The position numbers were made by a program, and so were the translations under genes. Below, in pieces: positions 12,004 to 25,965 of a stretch of DNA of 64,000 nt; the first letter of the stretch is position 1; each line of letters starts with the position of its first letter. The notes under the pieces are model-generated. The model did no database searches, was not told the DNA's origin, and saw only the letters and a program-made list of their open reading frames with translations. The stretch covers positions 21,700,001 to 21,764,000 of the forward strand of contig NC_043008.1 in the NCBI RefSeq assembly GCF_006345805.1, read 5' to 3'. Origin of the DNA: Octopus sinensis. Lineage: Eukaryota.

Positions 12004-12909
12004 TTATATATATATATATATATTATATATATTATATATATTATATATAATATATATATATATATATATATGTGTATAACGGACTTCTGTTAGTTTCCGT
12101 TCACCCAATCCACTCACAAGCTTTGACAGGCCAAAGTGCCGCGCAGTGGCACTTAAGTCGGATGCTATAAACTTTCTTTGCCGTGATGCAATACATACGT
12201 TTTGTACATCACTCTAAGTCATCAATTAGCTTCTTGGTGTTGTTGTTGAAGTTGTTGTTCCTTTTATTATCGGTTTTGTTTAGCCCCAGGTCAGCCTGTA
12301 TCGAGAACCACAGTCGGATGTTTTCTAAAGCATTACCCACCCAGGTACAGCACCTCATACTATTTTCAACCAATATATTTTTTCTCATTATTCTTTCTAG
12401 TCAAAAGTGTGAAAGAGATTTGACTGCTATTTCTAGCATGGCATGCAATCATTTAGAGGTAGCCTCGTTAGTCCGTCTCATCAAATCGTAAGAGATTTTG
12501 GCGTGATCTTTATGGATCAGTTACTACTTCAACGTGAGTGAATCTTTGACATTTTCGCATTGAAAAGGTCGATAGCAAAAGAAACTCTTTACAAGAAGGC
12601 TCCACCGAGACAGAAGAATTTCTTTTGGAAGTTGTTTCTTATTTTTTGTTCTTTTATATTTGTCTTGTTGTTGTTGTTTGTTGTTGTTCTTTTGTTTGGT
12701 GTTTACGGCTGGAAGTATGTTCGTGAAGGATATTGCATAATGGCTTGGTATCTGCATATGAGAAGCGACATAAAATACATTCAGAACAGCAATGTGTATG
12801 AAATGTATAAATAGGCAAGATAGAGATGAGGGGTTGGGCGTTGGACGTAAGCCTGTATTTGTTTTGGTATCTATGTGTGTGTGTGTGTGTTTGTGTGTTG
12901 TGTGGTGTG

Positions 12910-12961
<52 letters not shown>

Positions 12962-13127
12962 ATTGTTTTATATATATATATACATCTTTATATGTATACA
13001 TATACATATAGAAATATTTATAATATGTATGCATATATATATAATATATATTATATATATAATATATATATTATAAATATTTCTATATGTATATGTGTAT
13101 ATATATGTATATATATATATATATATA

Positions 13128-13330
13128 TAGGCACAGGAGTGGCTTTCTGGTAAGAAGCTTGCTTACCAACCACATGGTTCCCTGGTTCTGTTCCACTGCG
13201 TAGCAACTTGGGCAAGTGTCTTCTACTATAGCCACGGGCTGACAAAAGCCTTGTGAGTGGATTTGGTAAATGGAAACTGAAAGAAGCCCGTCGCATATAT
13301 GTGTATATATGTATGTGTGTGTGCGTGTGT
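13128..13330 (+). mobile_element. SINE family B, 5' portion
   Basis: Similarity to family B head and core. Confidence 0.85.
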
Positions 13331-13799
13331 GTCTGTGTCTGGCAGACAAATGCCCATAACACTGTTCTTTTTGTTCCTTCTCGAGCCATGCCGGGCTCAT
13401 AAGGGCCGGTTTCCCGGTAGCATTGGCATATAGGTTCCCCATCTATACGGGACGCCAGTCCGTCGCAGCTGAATTACTAGATGCAGGAGAAAGGAGTAAG
13501 AGAAATAACAGTAGCTAGATTTAATACCTAAATTGCATGCGACATTATAACTTACATAGGAAATATTTCTCGAAAATTACATTGTTTTAGATAACAGTCT
13601 TTATACTTCTCGTTAAAAATATGAACATCTCTGTCGTACTCTGCTGTCGCAAACGACTGATGAAGGAGCCGTAATTTCTTGTTACTCTATATTGATTGAA
13701 TATTCATGCTATACATCAGCTCAGTCCCTCCACCAAACTGATGCCTGTACAGGATCACAGTAAGTGCCACAGGTCAGATGTCCAAGTCTACGGCTCAAA

Positions 13800-13888
13800 A
13801 GCACAAGAAGCTCGCTGGTCTGGGAATCGAAACCACGATGTTGGTATCGTGAGCGCAACGTCCTAACCAGGAAGCCATGCGCCTCCAC
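13800..13888 (-). mobile_element. SINE family C tRNA-derived head
   Basis: Minus strand gtggaggcgcatggcttcctggttagg...gtggtttcgattcccagacc; related to the copy at 18625-18930. Confidence 0.7.
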
Positions 13889-14202
13889 TTAAAGATTCCT
13901 AAGATGTGAATTTGATCGTTTGAAATAAGATGACAAATAGAAGCTGAGCAATGAAATTCACAAGTTTTTTAGGTGGGTTTTTGCATTTATGATATTTTGC
14001 TTTGTATATTACTCTTTACGCTTTTACTTGTTTCAGTCATTTGACTGCGGCCATGCTGAAGCATCGCCTTTAGTCGAGCAAATCGACCCCGGGACTTATT
14101 CTTTGTAAGCCCAGTACTTATTCTATCGGTCTCTTTTGCCGAACCGCTATGTGACGGGGTTTAATCCCTCAAATTTCTGGCCTTGTGACTTTAGTAGAAA
14201 AG

Positions 14203-14261
<59 letters not shown>

Positions 14262-14536
14262 TACTTGTTTAATTTTATTTTCTTTATGCTTTCTTTATGC
14301 TTTATGCTTTCTCTTCTTCATGAAGTGAAACATTGAAATGGTGTTGGAGATTAAGCTTTGCTGGTTTTATTAACAGGCGCTTGACAACATTATCTGGTGT
14401 GTGTGTATGAGTGTGTGTACAGTGTGTGTGTGTATGTGTGTGTGCGTGCGCGTACATTCACACATATGTATGCATGTACGTCTGTATGTATGTAATATAT
14501 ATATAATATGTGTAACATATATATAATTTATAATAT

Positions 14537-14606
<70 letters not shown>

Positions 14607-14733
14607 GCAGTCAAATCATTCCTGGTGGCCATTTATAAAGTTTAAATTCTGATGGCTGTCAAATTAATCCTTCAAATAATGTTACTTTAGGCATTCTGGA
14701 ATATATTAGGAGACACACACACGTGTGCATATG

Positions 14734-14782
<49 letters not shown>

Positions 14783-15296
14783 ACGTATAGGTAAACAATG
14801 CAAGGTTCTAATCTTACGCAATTCCAGATAAGATTGTTCACATGCATTAATAAACAACTTTACTTTCTAACTGGAGAGTGTGTATACGTCTTTATGTGTG
14901 TAAAAGAGAGAGAAAGAGATAGAGAGAGGATGGGAGACAAATAATGTGATATACGAAGAGAAAAATGGAGAGCGAGAAATAAACTGTATTGAAGATAGCT
15001 TGAACAATATGTCTTATATAGACTCGAAAGGTTTCAGGTAATAATAATATGCAGATATTTATTTCATAGAACGACAAAGAAATGAATATTTAATGCTTGT
15101 CCTATATTTCTTCCGAACGAAATATTGAAATTTAACATATGGTATCTCAGGAGATAAATTCTATCCATTGTATGGTTGCCTATAAAGACCGGTGAGTGAC
15201 TTAAGATACAATGGGCAATAGATTCCGTTTTGATGAGAATGCAATATGCATATGCAATCATACATACATACACTCATGCACACACGCAAACACACA

Positions 15297-15327
<31 letters not shown>

Positions 15328-15583
15328 TACATATATTATATATAATACATATATATATACATATCTATACATGCATATATATATATATATATACATATAT
15401 ATTTACATATATATATATATATATAATATATATACATATATACATATATATATATACATATATATATATAAGTATGTATATATACATATATATATATATA
15501 GATATATACATACATATATGTATACATATATATATATGTATATATAATATATATATAGATATATACATACATATATATTATAC

Positions 15584-15616
<33 letters not shown>

Positions 15617-15864
15617 CATATATATACATATATACATATATATATACATATATACATATTATATATATATATATATACATATATATACATATATACATAT
15701 ATATACAAATATACATATATATTATATATAGTATATATACATATATTATAACATATATACAAATATACATATATACATATATATATATATTATATATATA
15801 CATATATATACATATATACAATATATATACATATATATATATATATACATATATACATATATGT

Positions 15865-15901
<37 letters not shown>
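15297..15901. repeat. ~600-bp (TA)n/(TACA)n microsatellite
   Basis: Direct reading of the sequence. Confidence 0.95.
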
Positions 15902-16141
15902 TGAGTCCAACTCATGCTAGCATGGAAAGCGGACGTTAAACGATGACGATGATGATGATGATGATATATACATTATATATATATATGTATATATAATATA
16001 TGTAGGTTTATATACATGTATAAACGCATATATATATATATGTATATATATATATGTATTTTCATACATACACACATATATATGTATGTGTGTATGTTAT
16101 ATATGCATATAAGTATTTATATTATATTTATATATGTGTAC

Positions 16142-16190
<49 letters not shown>

Positions 16191-16975
16191 AGTGTGTGTG
16201 TGTGTGTACATATATGTGGGCGCGCGTGTGTGTGTGTATTCGTGTGTATATATGTGTATATATTAAATGTCATATACCTACGAACCTACTTGTATAGATG
16301 CTGGCTAAATGACACAAGATACCTATAAAGTGTTTTATTGTCTCCGAGATAAAAGTTATACGAAATCTATTAACAGCCACGAGTTAATAGAATGTTTGAT
16401 TGCTGGAGATGTCTTTGAGGTCACAGTCTTTGATACGTATGTCCATCTTGGAATCACTTCATACTCGCTGATGCAATCCACCGAACTGTGCGTTAAGACC
16501 AGGAATCATTAATGAAGCAGGATTCCTTTGATAGGAGACTTTTACAGCTGAAGTGTTCTCTAGCAGTAACTATATCGCTTCCCCACTCCACCATATAAAA
16601 ACGTATCATTTAGCCTTTGTCATTTGCTTCCGTCAGTCATTAGACAACAGCCATTCTGGGAAACCGCGTTGAAGAATTTTCAGTCGAACGAATCGACCGC
16701 GGTACTTGATTTGTTTTAATGCCTGATATGTATTCTATCTGTCGCTTTCGCCGAACCGCTAATCTACGGGAGCGTAAGCGTACCGACACCGGTTGTTAAG
16801 CGGTGCTAGAAAAGAAACACAGACGAAAGACATATATATTTACAATGGGTTTCTTTCAGTTTCCGTCCACCAAATCCACTCACAAGGCCTTGGTTGGCCT
16901 GAGACTATAGTAAAATACTCTTGCCTAAGGTGCCACGCAGTGGTACTGAACCCAGAACCATGCTCTAAAGAAGCA

Positions 16976-17297
16976 AACATAGAGGGGACAAACAAGGACA
17001 GACAAAGGGATTAAGTCGATTAAATCAACCCCAATGCGTAACTGGTACGTATTTAATTGACCCCGAAAGGATGAAAGGCAAAGTCGACCTCGGCGGAATT
17101 TGAACTCAGAACGTAACGGCAGACGAAATACCTATTTCTTTACTACCCAGAAGGGGCTAAACACAGAGAGGACAAACAAAGACAAAGGGATTAAGTCGAT
17201 TACATCGACCCCAGTGCGTAACTGGTACTTAATTTATCGACCCCGAAAGGATGAAAGGCAAAGTCGACCTCGGCAGAATTTGAACTCAGAACGTAAC
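16976..17297 (-). mobile_element. Tandem dimer of SINE family A 3' portions
   Basis: Two copies joined at cagacgaaatacc|tatttctttac. Confidence 0.85.
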
Positions 17298-17530
17298 GTT
17301 CTTATTTTTGTCTACCCCGAAAGGTTGAAAAGTAACGTTTACTTTGGTGAGGTTTGATCTCAGGACGCAGCGAATCGGAATGAATACAGTGGGACATTTT
17401 ATCCGATACTCTAATGGTTCTGTTAATTCGCCGTTTTATTAAGGGCGTTGGGATTACATTATCTAACAGCAGAGCGTAATTTGAGAAGGATGTGGTCACT
17501 ATTTCTAGCAAGTCAGATAACGGTTTAGAG

Positions 17531-17786
17531 TAGTGGTTCTGACCCTTGGAGGCGGGGTGGCTTATGGCCCTTGCGGGTTCATATAAGATTTTGTTAAAAA
17601 TTTATGTGCTGTAAATCGGTTATACTTCTGAAAAGAGAAAAATATTTTAACATATATTTTTAATGCAATTCCTAAAATTAATTACAAAAATGTAAGATTT
17701 TTTAGAACATCAAATGGCTGTGGGGATTCCTCGATTAAAATAGGAACCAAAAAGGTTCATAGGTAAAAAATAGTTGAGAACCACTG
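17531..17786. mobile_element. hAT (Charlie-type) MITE
   Basis: TIRs tagtggttct / agaaccactg; flanking 8-mers gtttagag and gttcaaag (6/8 match) are consistent with a decayed TSD. Confidence 0.7.
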
Positions 17787-18624
17787 GTTCAAAGATTGAA
17801 TCCTTAGTTCGGTGTTTATATCGGTAGTTCTTGCTGGTCGAACGAGAGCGCCGACATTTGAGTAGAAGACTTAAGTTCTGGTCTGTTTTAAAATATTAAG
17901 TGCTTTTACGCAATCCATTGTCTTGTAAACATTTGCACAGACATCCGGCCTGTTGATAATTTCCTCTTCTCCTCCCCCACTAACAGTCTGCACGCTCTCC
18001 TTTAAAGAAGAGGTGATTTGTTATTTACTGATCTTACCGCATCTAAGTTTGTCAATTTTAATGCGCTACGTAAATACTACAAACAGTTATACACATATGC
18101 GCTGTTGTTATTGATTTATTCTCCCTTAATCTAAGAATGTGGTTCAACACAGATTAAAATTAACATCAAGAGGAGATAACCGTCTTCCTTTCAACATCAA
18201 ATTGCTGTATTTTATGGCTGAGGTATAAACTGTTTCGAGATCGCTATCTCCTGTTTACACACCACACTTACGCATTCTATATTCTATAACAAAATAGCCC
18301 ATAACCGTTTTCCTTCCACACTCCACCCACATTCCAAGCGGAGATAATTGTCTTCTATTAAACCTACAAGCTGTTGCATACTAGAACATAGATTTTAACA
18401 CCAGGAGATAGCTTTCTTCAGTATTTCACGTTCTGGTTTTCCGTAACACAAAATTAACTGGTGTCATCTGTCAACAACCCCAGAATATCGGATTCCATGA
18501 CAAAGATTCACATCAATACAAAGAGTAGATAACCACCTCCCTTCAGCAGCACTCCACAACGTTGTGCAACTAACGATTTAGATGTGTATATATATATATG
18601 ATGTAGATATATATATATATATAG

Positions 18625-18930
18625 TTGTTGTTTATTCCTTCTCGAGCTATGTCTGGCTCATAAGAGCCGGTTTCTCGATTTCCTTGGCGTATAGGTTCCC
18701 CACCTGGACGACACGCCGGTCCGTCGCAGGCGAGCTGCAAGATGCAGGACAAAAGAGTGAGAGAAAGTTGTGGCAAAAGAGTCAGCAGAAGTTCGCCATT
18801 ACCTTCTGCCGGAGCCGCGTGGAGCTTAGGTATTTCACTCATTAACACACACATCGCCCGGTCTGAGATTCGAACCCGCGATCCCTCGACCGCGTGTCCG
18901 GTGCTCTAACCACTAGGCCATGTGCCTCCA
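18625..18930 (-). mobile_element. SINE family C, full length, with clear tRNA-derived head
   Basis: A box TGGCCTAGTGG and B box GGTTCGAATC on the minus strand; (AAC)n-like tail. Confidence 0.85.
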
Positions 18931-19015
18931 CGATATAGTTGCTAAAAAGACTCGTAGTTTTGAATAATCCACGATAGACGAAATTAAAATATGTGCTGAT
19001 ATTATCTGCTAAACA

Positions 19016-19710
19016 AAGGCGGTGAGCTGGCAGAATCGTTAGCACGCCGGGCGAAATGCTTAGCCGTATTTCGTCTGCCGTTACGTTTTGAGTTCAAATT
19101 TCGCCGAGGTCGACTTTACCTTTCATCCTTTCGGGATCGATAAAATTAGTACCAGTTATGCACTAGGGTCGATATAATCGACTTAATTCCTTCCCCAAAA
19201 TTTAAGGCCTTGTGCTTCCAGTAGAAATGACTTTACCTGCTTAATAAAGAGACAATATAAAATTAGACGTTAGATTCAAATTTGAAGTTAAAATTAAACA
19301 TCGTTGGCGCATCAGACAAGATACTCAGCCGTATATCTTCCGACTCATTATGTTCTGAGTTCAAATTCCTATGAGGACATCTTGGCCTTTCATCCTCTCA
19401 AAGTCGGTAAAAAGAAAGTACTAACGAAGTACTGGGATCGATATAATCGACTTACTGCTTTCCTTAAAATTTGCTGGTCTTCACCACAACTGGAAACCAG
19501 GAAGCGAACAAGTAGAATGTTTAAGTCGGTCGGGCGAAACGCTACGCGACGTTTCGTCTGGTTTACGTTCAGAGTTCAAATTCCGCTGAGGTCGATTTTG
19601 CCTTTTATTCTTTCACGATCGACTAAATAAGTACCAGTTGAGCAAAGGGGTCGATGTAATCAATCAATCCTCTCCTCGAATATTTCAGGCGTATCCCTAT
19701 AGTAGAAAGA
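19016..19710 (+). mobile_element. Three consecutive SINE family A copies of differing age
   Basis: Heads near 19018, 19305 and 19515. Confidence 0.8.
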
Positions 19711-19902
19711 ATTACAATTAGAGAAGAGCTGTGGATTGGCAGAAGAACCGTTAAGGGCGTTGCAAAAAGGGTCTTTTACGTTCTGGTTTTAGATCTCATT
19801 GATAATTTGAAGACTATTAAAAGGCTGCAAGACGCAACGAAAATTTTAGGAAAATAAAAATAAGAAATAAGTGGAAATTTTACCGGTGAGTGTGTTACAT
19901 TA

Positions 19903-20297
19903 TCTTTATATATAAAAGTGAAGTTGTGTGTCTGTCTCCTACGATTTAGATTCCTAACTACTCCCACATTTTGCGGTGCAGTTTAACCAAAACCGGGTAT
20001 CTTATAGTCGTGATTCATATCGAGCCCTTCTGGGTATTAGCACGCGTCTACGATGAGTCTACGATTTTAAAAATAATTTACCATCATTTTTTCCATTTTA
20101 ATGCATTTTTTCGCTATTATATAAGGGAAGTAACTCTCTTAAAATGTCTACGATGAGTCAACGATTTAAAAAACAATTTACCATAATTTTTTTTCCATTT
20201 TTAATGCATTTTTTGCTATTTTTTGGCTATAACTCTCTAAAAATGCTTTATAGTTATTTCCCTTACAAACCCGAGCAACGCTAGGCGATACTGCTAG
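19903..20297 (+). mobile_element. Non-autonomous Helitron
   Basis: A|TC 5' end, 3' cccgagcaacgctagg hairpin-like motif then CTAG|T; internal ~100-bp duplication. Confidence 0.85.
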
Positions 20298-21250
20298 TAA
20301 AGTATAAAAAGAAAATGACTCTCCCCAGACACAACAGAATATGCTTCAATACACGAACTCATATAAAGGATCTTGCAAACCATAATCCAAAAACGAAATA
20401 GGATCATTTCAAGTTTTGTCGATAACGTAGGATGCCAGTCAAATATTGGTATCAATGCAATCGACTGAACGCCAACTCCCACAGTTCGGTTTTACTACCA
20501 TTTATTTCGTGAAATGATTTTATTCATGGGTTCATTTCGTAAAGATATTTTTGTGGACGTCTACCAAATTACAGGGAGAAAATATTTGTTTTTGATTTTT
20601 TATTAGAAAATTTATATAATTTTTAAGTATTGCTTCTTACTAGTTTACTAGTTTTGTTATTCAAGTCTGCTCTTATTTTGGAATAGCAGAAAGAGCTGTT
20701 ATCCGTAAATGTGGTGGCAGAACAAATACTCATAAAAATCTTGAAAAATTTTCAGAAAAAAAATAGCAAATATAAACAAATAAATAAAACAGATAAACAA
20801 TAAAATAAATGTAATCGTAAATTTAGACGCAACAAACACATTAACAAGCGACAAGGAAAACGAAGATATTTCTCATAACGTTGATGGTAAGGAAAACAGC
20901 AATAGTTTTCTTTTAACAATACCAGAAACGTATAGCGAAATTTCCAAATATTGCGGTTTAGAATTATAATTTAGTTTAACAATAGATGACATTTACTTCG
21001 TACGTGTTTCATTTAAATTTGAAAGATTTTCTTCCTACTAGTTTGGCTAGAATGTTTGTCTTAATCTTTTATATATTCATATATTTTATTTTATTTTTTA
21101 TCTATATTTTTAGTTCGGTGATAGTTAAATATTATTTCTGAAAAGAACATTTATTCGTCTGGTGCCCGATGACGGAAAGAAATACACTTGATTCTCGCTC
21201 TCTCTCACTTTCTCGCTCACTCACTCTCACTCCCTCTCTCTGTCTGTCTT

Positions 21251-21340
<90 letters not shown>

Positions 21341-21528
21341 CATACATACATTAAATACATTTTAAGAAGCTCGCTTTACAACCATGTGACTACAGATTCA
21401 GTTCCTGGGCGCAACACCTTAGGCAAGTATCTTCTACTATATCCGCAAACTGAAGAATGCTTTATGAGGGAAGCTAGTAGACCTATATCAGCCCCAAATC
21501 AGCAAATATCTAGAACATAATTTTTACC

Positions 21529-21750
21529 TATTTCTTTACTGCCCACAAGAGGCTACACACACAGAGGACAAACAAGGACAAACAAACGGATTAAGTCGAT
21601 TACATTGACCACAGTGCGTAACTGGTACTTAATTTATCGACCCCGAAAGGATGAAAGGCAAAGTCGACCTCGGCGGAATTTGAACTCAGAACGTAGCGGC
21701 AGACGAAATAACGCTAAGCATTTCGCCCGGCGTGCTAACGTTTCTGCCAG
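21529..21750 (-). mobile_element. SINE family A
   Basis: Close match to the other family A copies. Confidence 0.9.
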
Positions 21751-22844
21751 CCAAATAACAACAAGTTTAAAATCTCTTTATACTATTCAAATTGCTTATC
21801 GAGCAATGAACATCTAGGGGGAACCATAGACGTACAAGCTTTATTCAAATTCTCTGGTGAAAATCGAAGTAGAAGAGAAACAAGTTTCTATGTTAACAAA
21901 ACCATGACATGCCTGACCGATACCCACCACCTACCTTACAAATGACAACAAGAAAAACCCTAAATAACAACAACAGGAAATGACCAGCCAAAGCATACCA
22001 TCTTTTGGGAGAAAAAAGTTGACATACCCACTCACTAAGGGTTTAAACACTGGAGTGTACTTTTGACCTTTATAGTGTCAAAGCAAAAGGATTAACTCAA
22101 TAATATCAAAAGCAACAAAAATGCTGTTACACCTTGTGCCCACCTAAAAAGGGAGAAAGACTAATAGGCTTGTTTACAAAGTTCTACATGCATGAATGAA
22201 TTTAAACAATAACATAACACCAAATTTAATCAATGAAAATTTTTCCAGAATATCTTTCCATGACAACCAGCCATAAAAACCTAATTATCACCACACTTGA
22301 ACCTACACACGCAAAGATAATTTTAGCTCAACAGAGGCTACATAAAAGCAAGACTAACACTAATGCGTCGCAGTCTGGCGACAACTTAGATGACCGAAAC
22401 TTCGAAGTCACTCTCAACAACATTCTTTCTCACAGTGGGACTGAACCCGGAACCGTGTGGTTCCGGGTTCAGTCCCACTGCGTGGCACCTTGGGCAAGTG
22501 CCTTCTACTGTAACCTCGGACCAACCAAAGCCTTGTGAGTGGATTTGGTAGACAGAAACTGAAAGAAGCCCGTCGTATATATATATATATACAAGGACAG
22601 ACGAAGGGATTGAGTCGATTATATCGCCCCCAGTGCGAATCTGGTACTTTATTTATCGACCCCGGAAGAATGAAAGGCAAAGTTGACCTCGGCGGAGTTT
22701 GAACTCAGAACGTAACGACAGACGAAATACCGCTAAGCATTTCGCCCGGCGCGGTATTTCGTCTGTCGTTACGTTCTGAGTTCAAATTCCGCCGAGGTCA
22801 ACTTTGCCTTTCATCCTTTCGGGGTCGATGCACTTACACACATA

Positions 22845-23258
22845 TAGGCGTAGGAGTGGCTGTGTGGTTGGTAGATTGCTTACAAACTACATGGTTCCGG
22901 GTTCAGTCCCACTGCGAGAAACCTTGAGCAACTGTCTTCTACTATAGCCTCGGGCCGACCAAAGCTTTGTGAGTAGATTTAGTAGACGGAAACTGAACGA
23001 AGCCCGTCGTATATATGTATATATATATATATGTGTGTGTGTGTATATATTGTGTGTCTGTGTTTGTTCTCCCCCCACAACATTGCTTGATAACCGATGC
23101 TGGCGTGTTTACGTCCCCGTCACTTAGCGGTTCGGCAAAAATAGTTCGATAGAATAAGTACTAGGCTTACAAAGAATAAATCCTGGGGTCGACTTGCTCG
23201 ACTGAAGGCAGTGCTCCAGCATGGCCACATTCAACTGACTGAAACAAGTAAAAGAGTA
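22845..23258 (+). mobile_element. SINE family B, full length (~410 bp)
   Basis: tRNA-like head, core, internal (TA)(TG) microsatellite and aaaagag tail. Confidence 0.9.
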
Positions 23259-25309
23259 TATATAGATATGCTTTTATATGTAAGGGAGACGAGGAGGGAA
23301 AATCTTCATAGCAACACGTAGTAAAAGATAACGTCTTGCAAAAACTGAGTGGTACTTCTTTTTAAAATGGTTTGAACATCGATTAGCAATGTACTCTAAT
23401 ATCAAACTAGATAAAAGTTCAATATATTTTTGTTAGATATGAATAGACACGGTTCATCATCAGGCGAGCCACTCAACTTAACATATCCCGGGTAACCTTT
23501 CATTGGGTGTGTCACTCAGAAAATAGCGTGGGCCGCAAATTGCCCATGACTGCCTTAGATACTAAAACAATTTCGTTATTTTGAGATTCATAATGATATA
23601 TATAACGCATGGAAAGATCGCTGAAGATTATTTTCCTTTTTGTTTGATACAAATTTGTAAAAAAAATCAGATATTTATTCGGATTTTCTTTTAATAATTC
23701 ACCATTTCCTATTTCTATAATTATTCTATGATCAGGCTGAAATGAATTTGAGAGCAAGTAGCTAAAATATCTAATGAGATTTATTCCGCTATTTTTTATG
23801 TTTTGAACAACAATGGCTCTAAGTCAATCAGCGATTATAATGGAAAGATATAAATTTTTAAATACGATTGAATGCTTCACAATTCTAACATTTATGAAAC
23901 GTTCCTGCTTTCTGACCTTTCTGAGTTTATTTCTAGTTGTTAGTACAAAAGAATATCTCAAAAAATATTCTATATAAACAATATAAAATATACCAAACCA
24001 GTCAATAGTGATTGAGAGTCACGCTGTCTGACTGAAAGAATATAAATCTACCATAATTCGGTCTGAGGATTTCTATAAGGAAACAGTTTATGAATATCTC
24101 ATAAAGACTTTATTTTCTTTCTATGAGATTGTTTCACATATTCTACATATATGGAGAATTCGTAGAAAATATATCCAAGCGATTATCTCCATTTCTATAT
24201 GTGACATTCTGAAAATTACTATTACACGTTCACATTAGACATCCTTGATAGTTTTTCTCATGGTTTTTAATTTGTTGTAATCATTTAACAATTCCTTATA
24301 TTTTTCGAAAATTGAATCGTTTAGTCATTCCATAGCTTCTACATCTAATTTTTTGCTAACATCTTCCTCTCATTTGCTATGTTATTATCTGCTGCGCATC
24401 CCTAGGTATTATTTCATATATATATAACATCAGTGATAAATGTACGTCTGAAGACTCAAGAAAAAGTAACTGCAGCAATGGTTGCTAGTTTTTAAATTAT
24501 TCGAATATATGAATGTACACACACACACACACACACACACACAAGTAAGTCTGAATATATGGTCATAGCTATATATATATATATAACTACATACTGTCTC
24601 TCATACGTGCATATACAAAGATATGTGTGTGCATGTGTGTATATGTGTATGCGCGTGTGGAGAGAGAGAGAGAGAGGGAGCGAGAGAGAAAGATTGTGTG
24701 GTACAACGAGAGACAAGCAGACAGACCGACTGACAGGCTATCAGACAGACACAGAAAGAAAGACACAGGGAAAGAAAATATCCCCTGTGTGAAGGAGGTT
24801 CGAGTTGGCACATACTTAAACATACGTCTCCCTAACAAGCATTATAACCATTGTTAAAAGCGAAAGACTTTACACTTGAACACCGTTTCCCAATTTTGCT
24901 CTACCTTACTCTTAACACAAAAGAAACTGCATCAAAAGCTTAAAAGACGATCGATAAACGTGTATTGTTTTTTTTTACCATGGGTTCTACAGGTTCTTCC
25001 CAGATGACAGAACTACACGTTGTTTCATACAAGTAAAGATATATTATCCCATATCATTACAATCCTTCACAAAATCTCAGGGTATTGTTTACATCTATTT
25101 GTCGTGCTTCAATTTCTTATCTCAAATTGTTTTTCTTCGGTGTGTATGTTGTCTACTGCATATATTTGAATGGTAAGTGTAGTCTATGGCATTTTTATTT
25201 GGAATGTTGTGCGTCGCTTTGTTCTTTGCATTTGTTTGGTATTTGTATGAAAATGTCTTGAGGTGTGTCTCAAAAAATTATCTCATTAATGCTGCACTAA
25301 CACTTATAT

Positions 25310-25339
25310 ATATATAGATATGTATATATAGATATATGA

Positions 25340-25372
<33 letters not shown>

Positions 25373-25380
25373 TAGATATA

Positions 25381-25416
<36 letters not shown>

Positions 25417-25503
25417 CATACATATATATATATACAATTATATATATATATATATTAATGTCTATACATATATATGTGCCTGTATAAATTTATATATATG
25501 TAT

Positions 25504-25537
<34 letters not shown>

Positions 25538-25841
25538 GTGTGTGTGTGTGTGTATAGATTTATACATATGTATACATACATATATATATGTATATATATT
25601 CATGTCTATACATATGTATATAGATATATACATATGTATACTTATATATACATATATATATGTATATAAATGTATATATATGCAGATATAGGTATATATA
25701 TATATATGCGGGTGGGGTGTAAATCTATATAGACACATATATCTATATCTATCTATCTCTCTCTTTATATATATACATATACATATATCAATATATGTAT
25801 ACGTATGTGTATGTATATATATATATATATATCTATATACA

Positions 25842-25883
<42 letters not shown>

Positions 25884-25965
25884 ATTTATTTATATATATA
25901 TATGTCTGTATATAGATATATACATGTCTATATGTGTATGTGTCTGTGTATGTGTCTGTGTGTGC
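25310..25965. repeat. (TA)/(CA)/(TG) compound microsatellite
   Basis: Direct reading of the sequence. Confidence 0.9.

Noticed and set aside
14990-15040. Fifth hammerhead-like copy (gactcgaaaggtttc)
   Set aside because: There is no CUGANGA-like core at the right spacing; too degenerate to support.
15230-16328. Many YI/VC/HT-rich ORFs here and elsewhere
   Set aside because: They are translations of (TA)n, (TG)n and (CA)n microsatellites.
16380-16545. Possible minus-strand exons
   Set aside because: Several mutually incompatible AG/GT readings exist and none gives a recognisable peptide.
18850-18930. tRNA gene
   Set aside because: The A and B boxes continue into a SINE body and tail, and no complete cloverleaf acceptor stem is evident.
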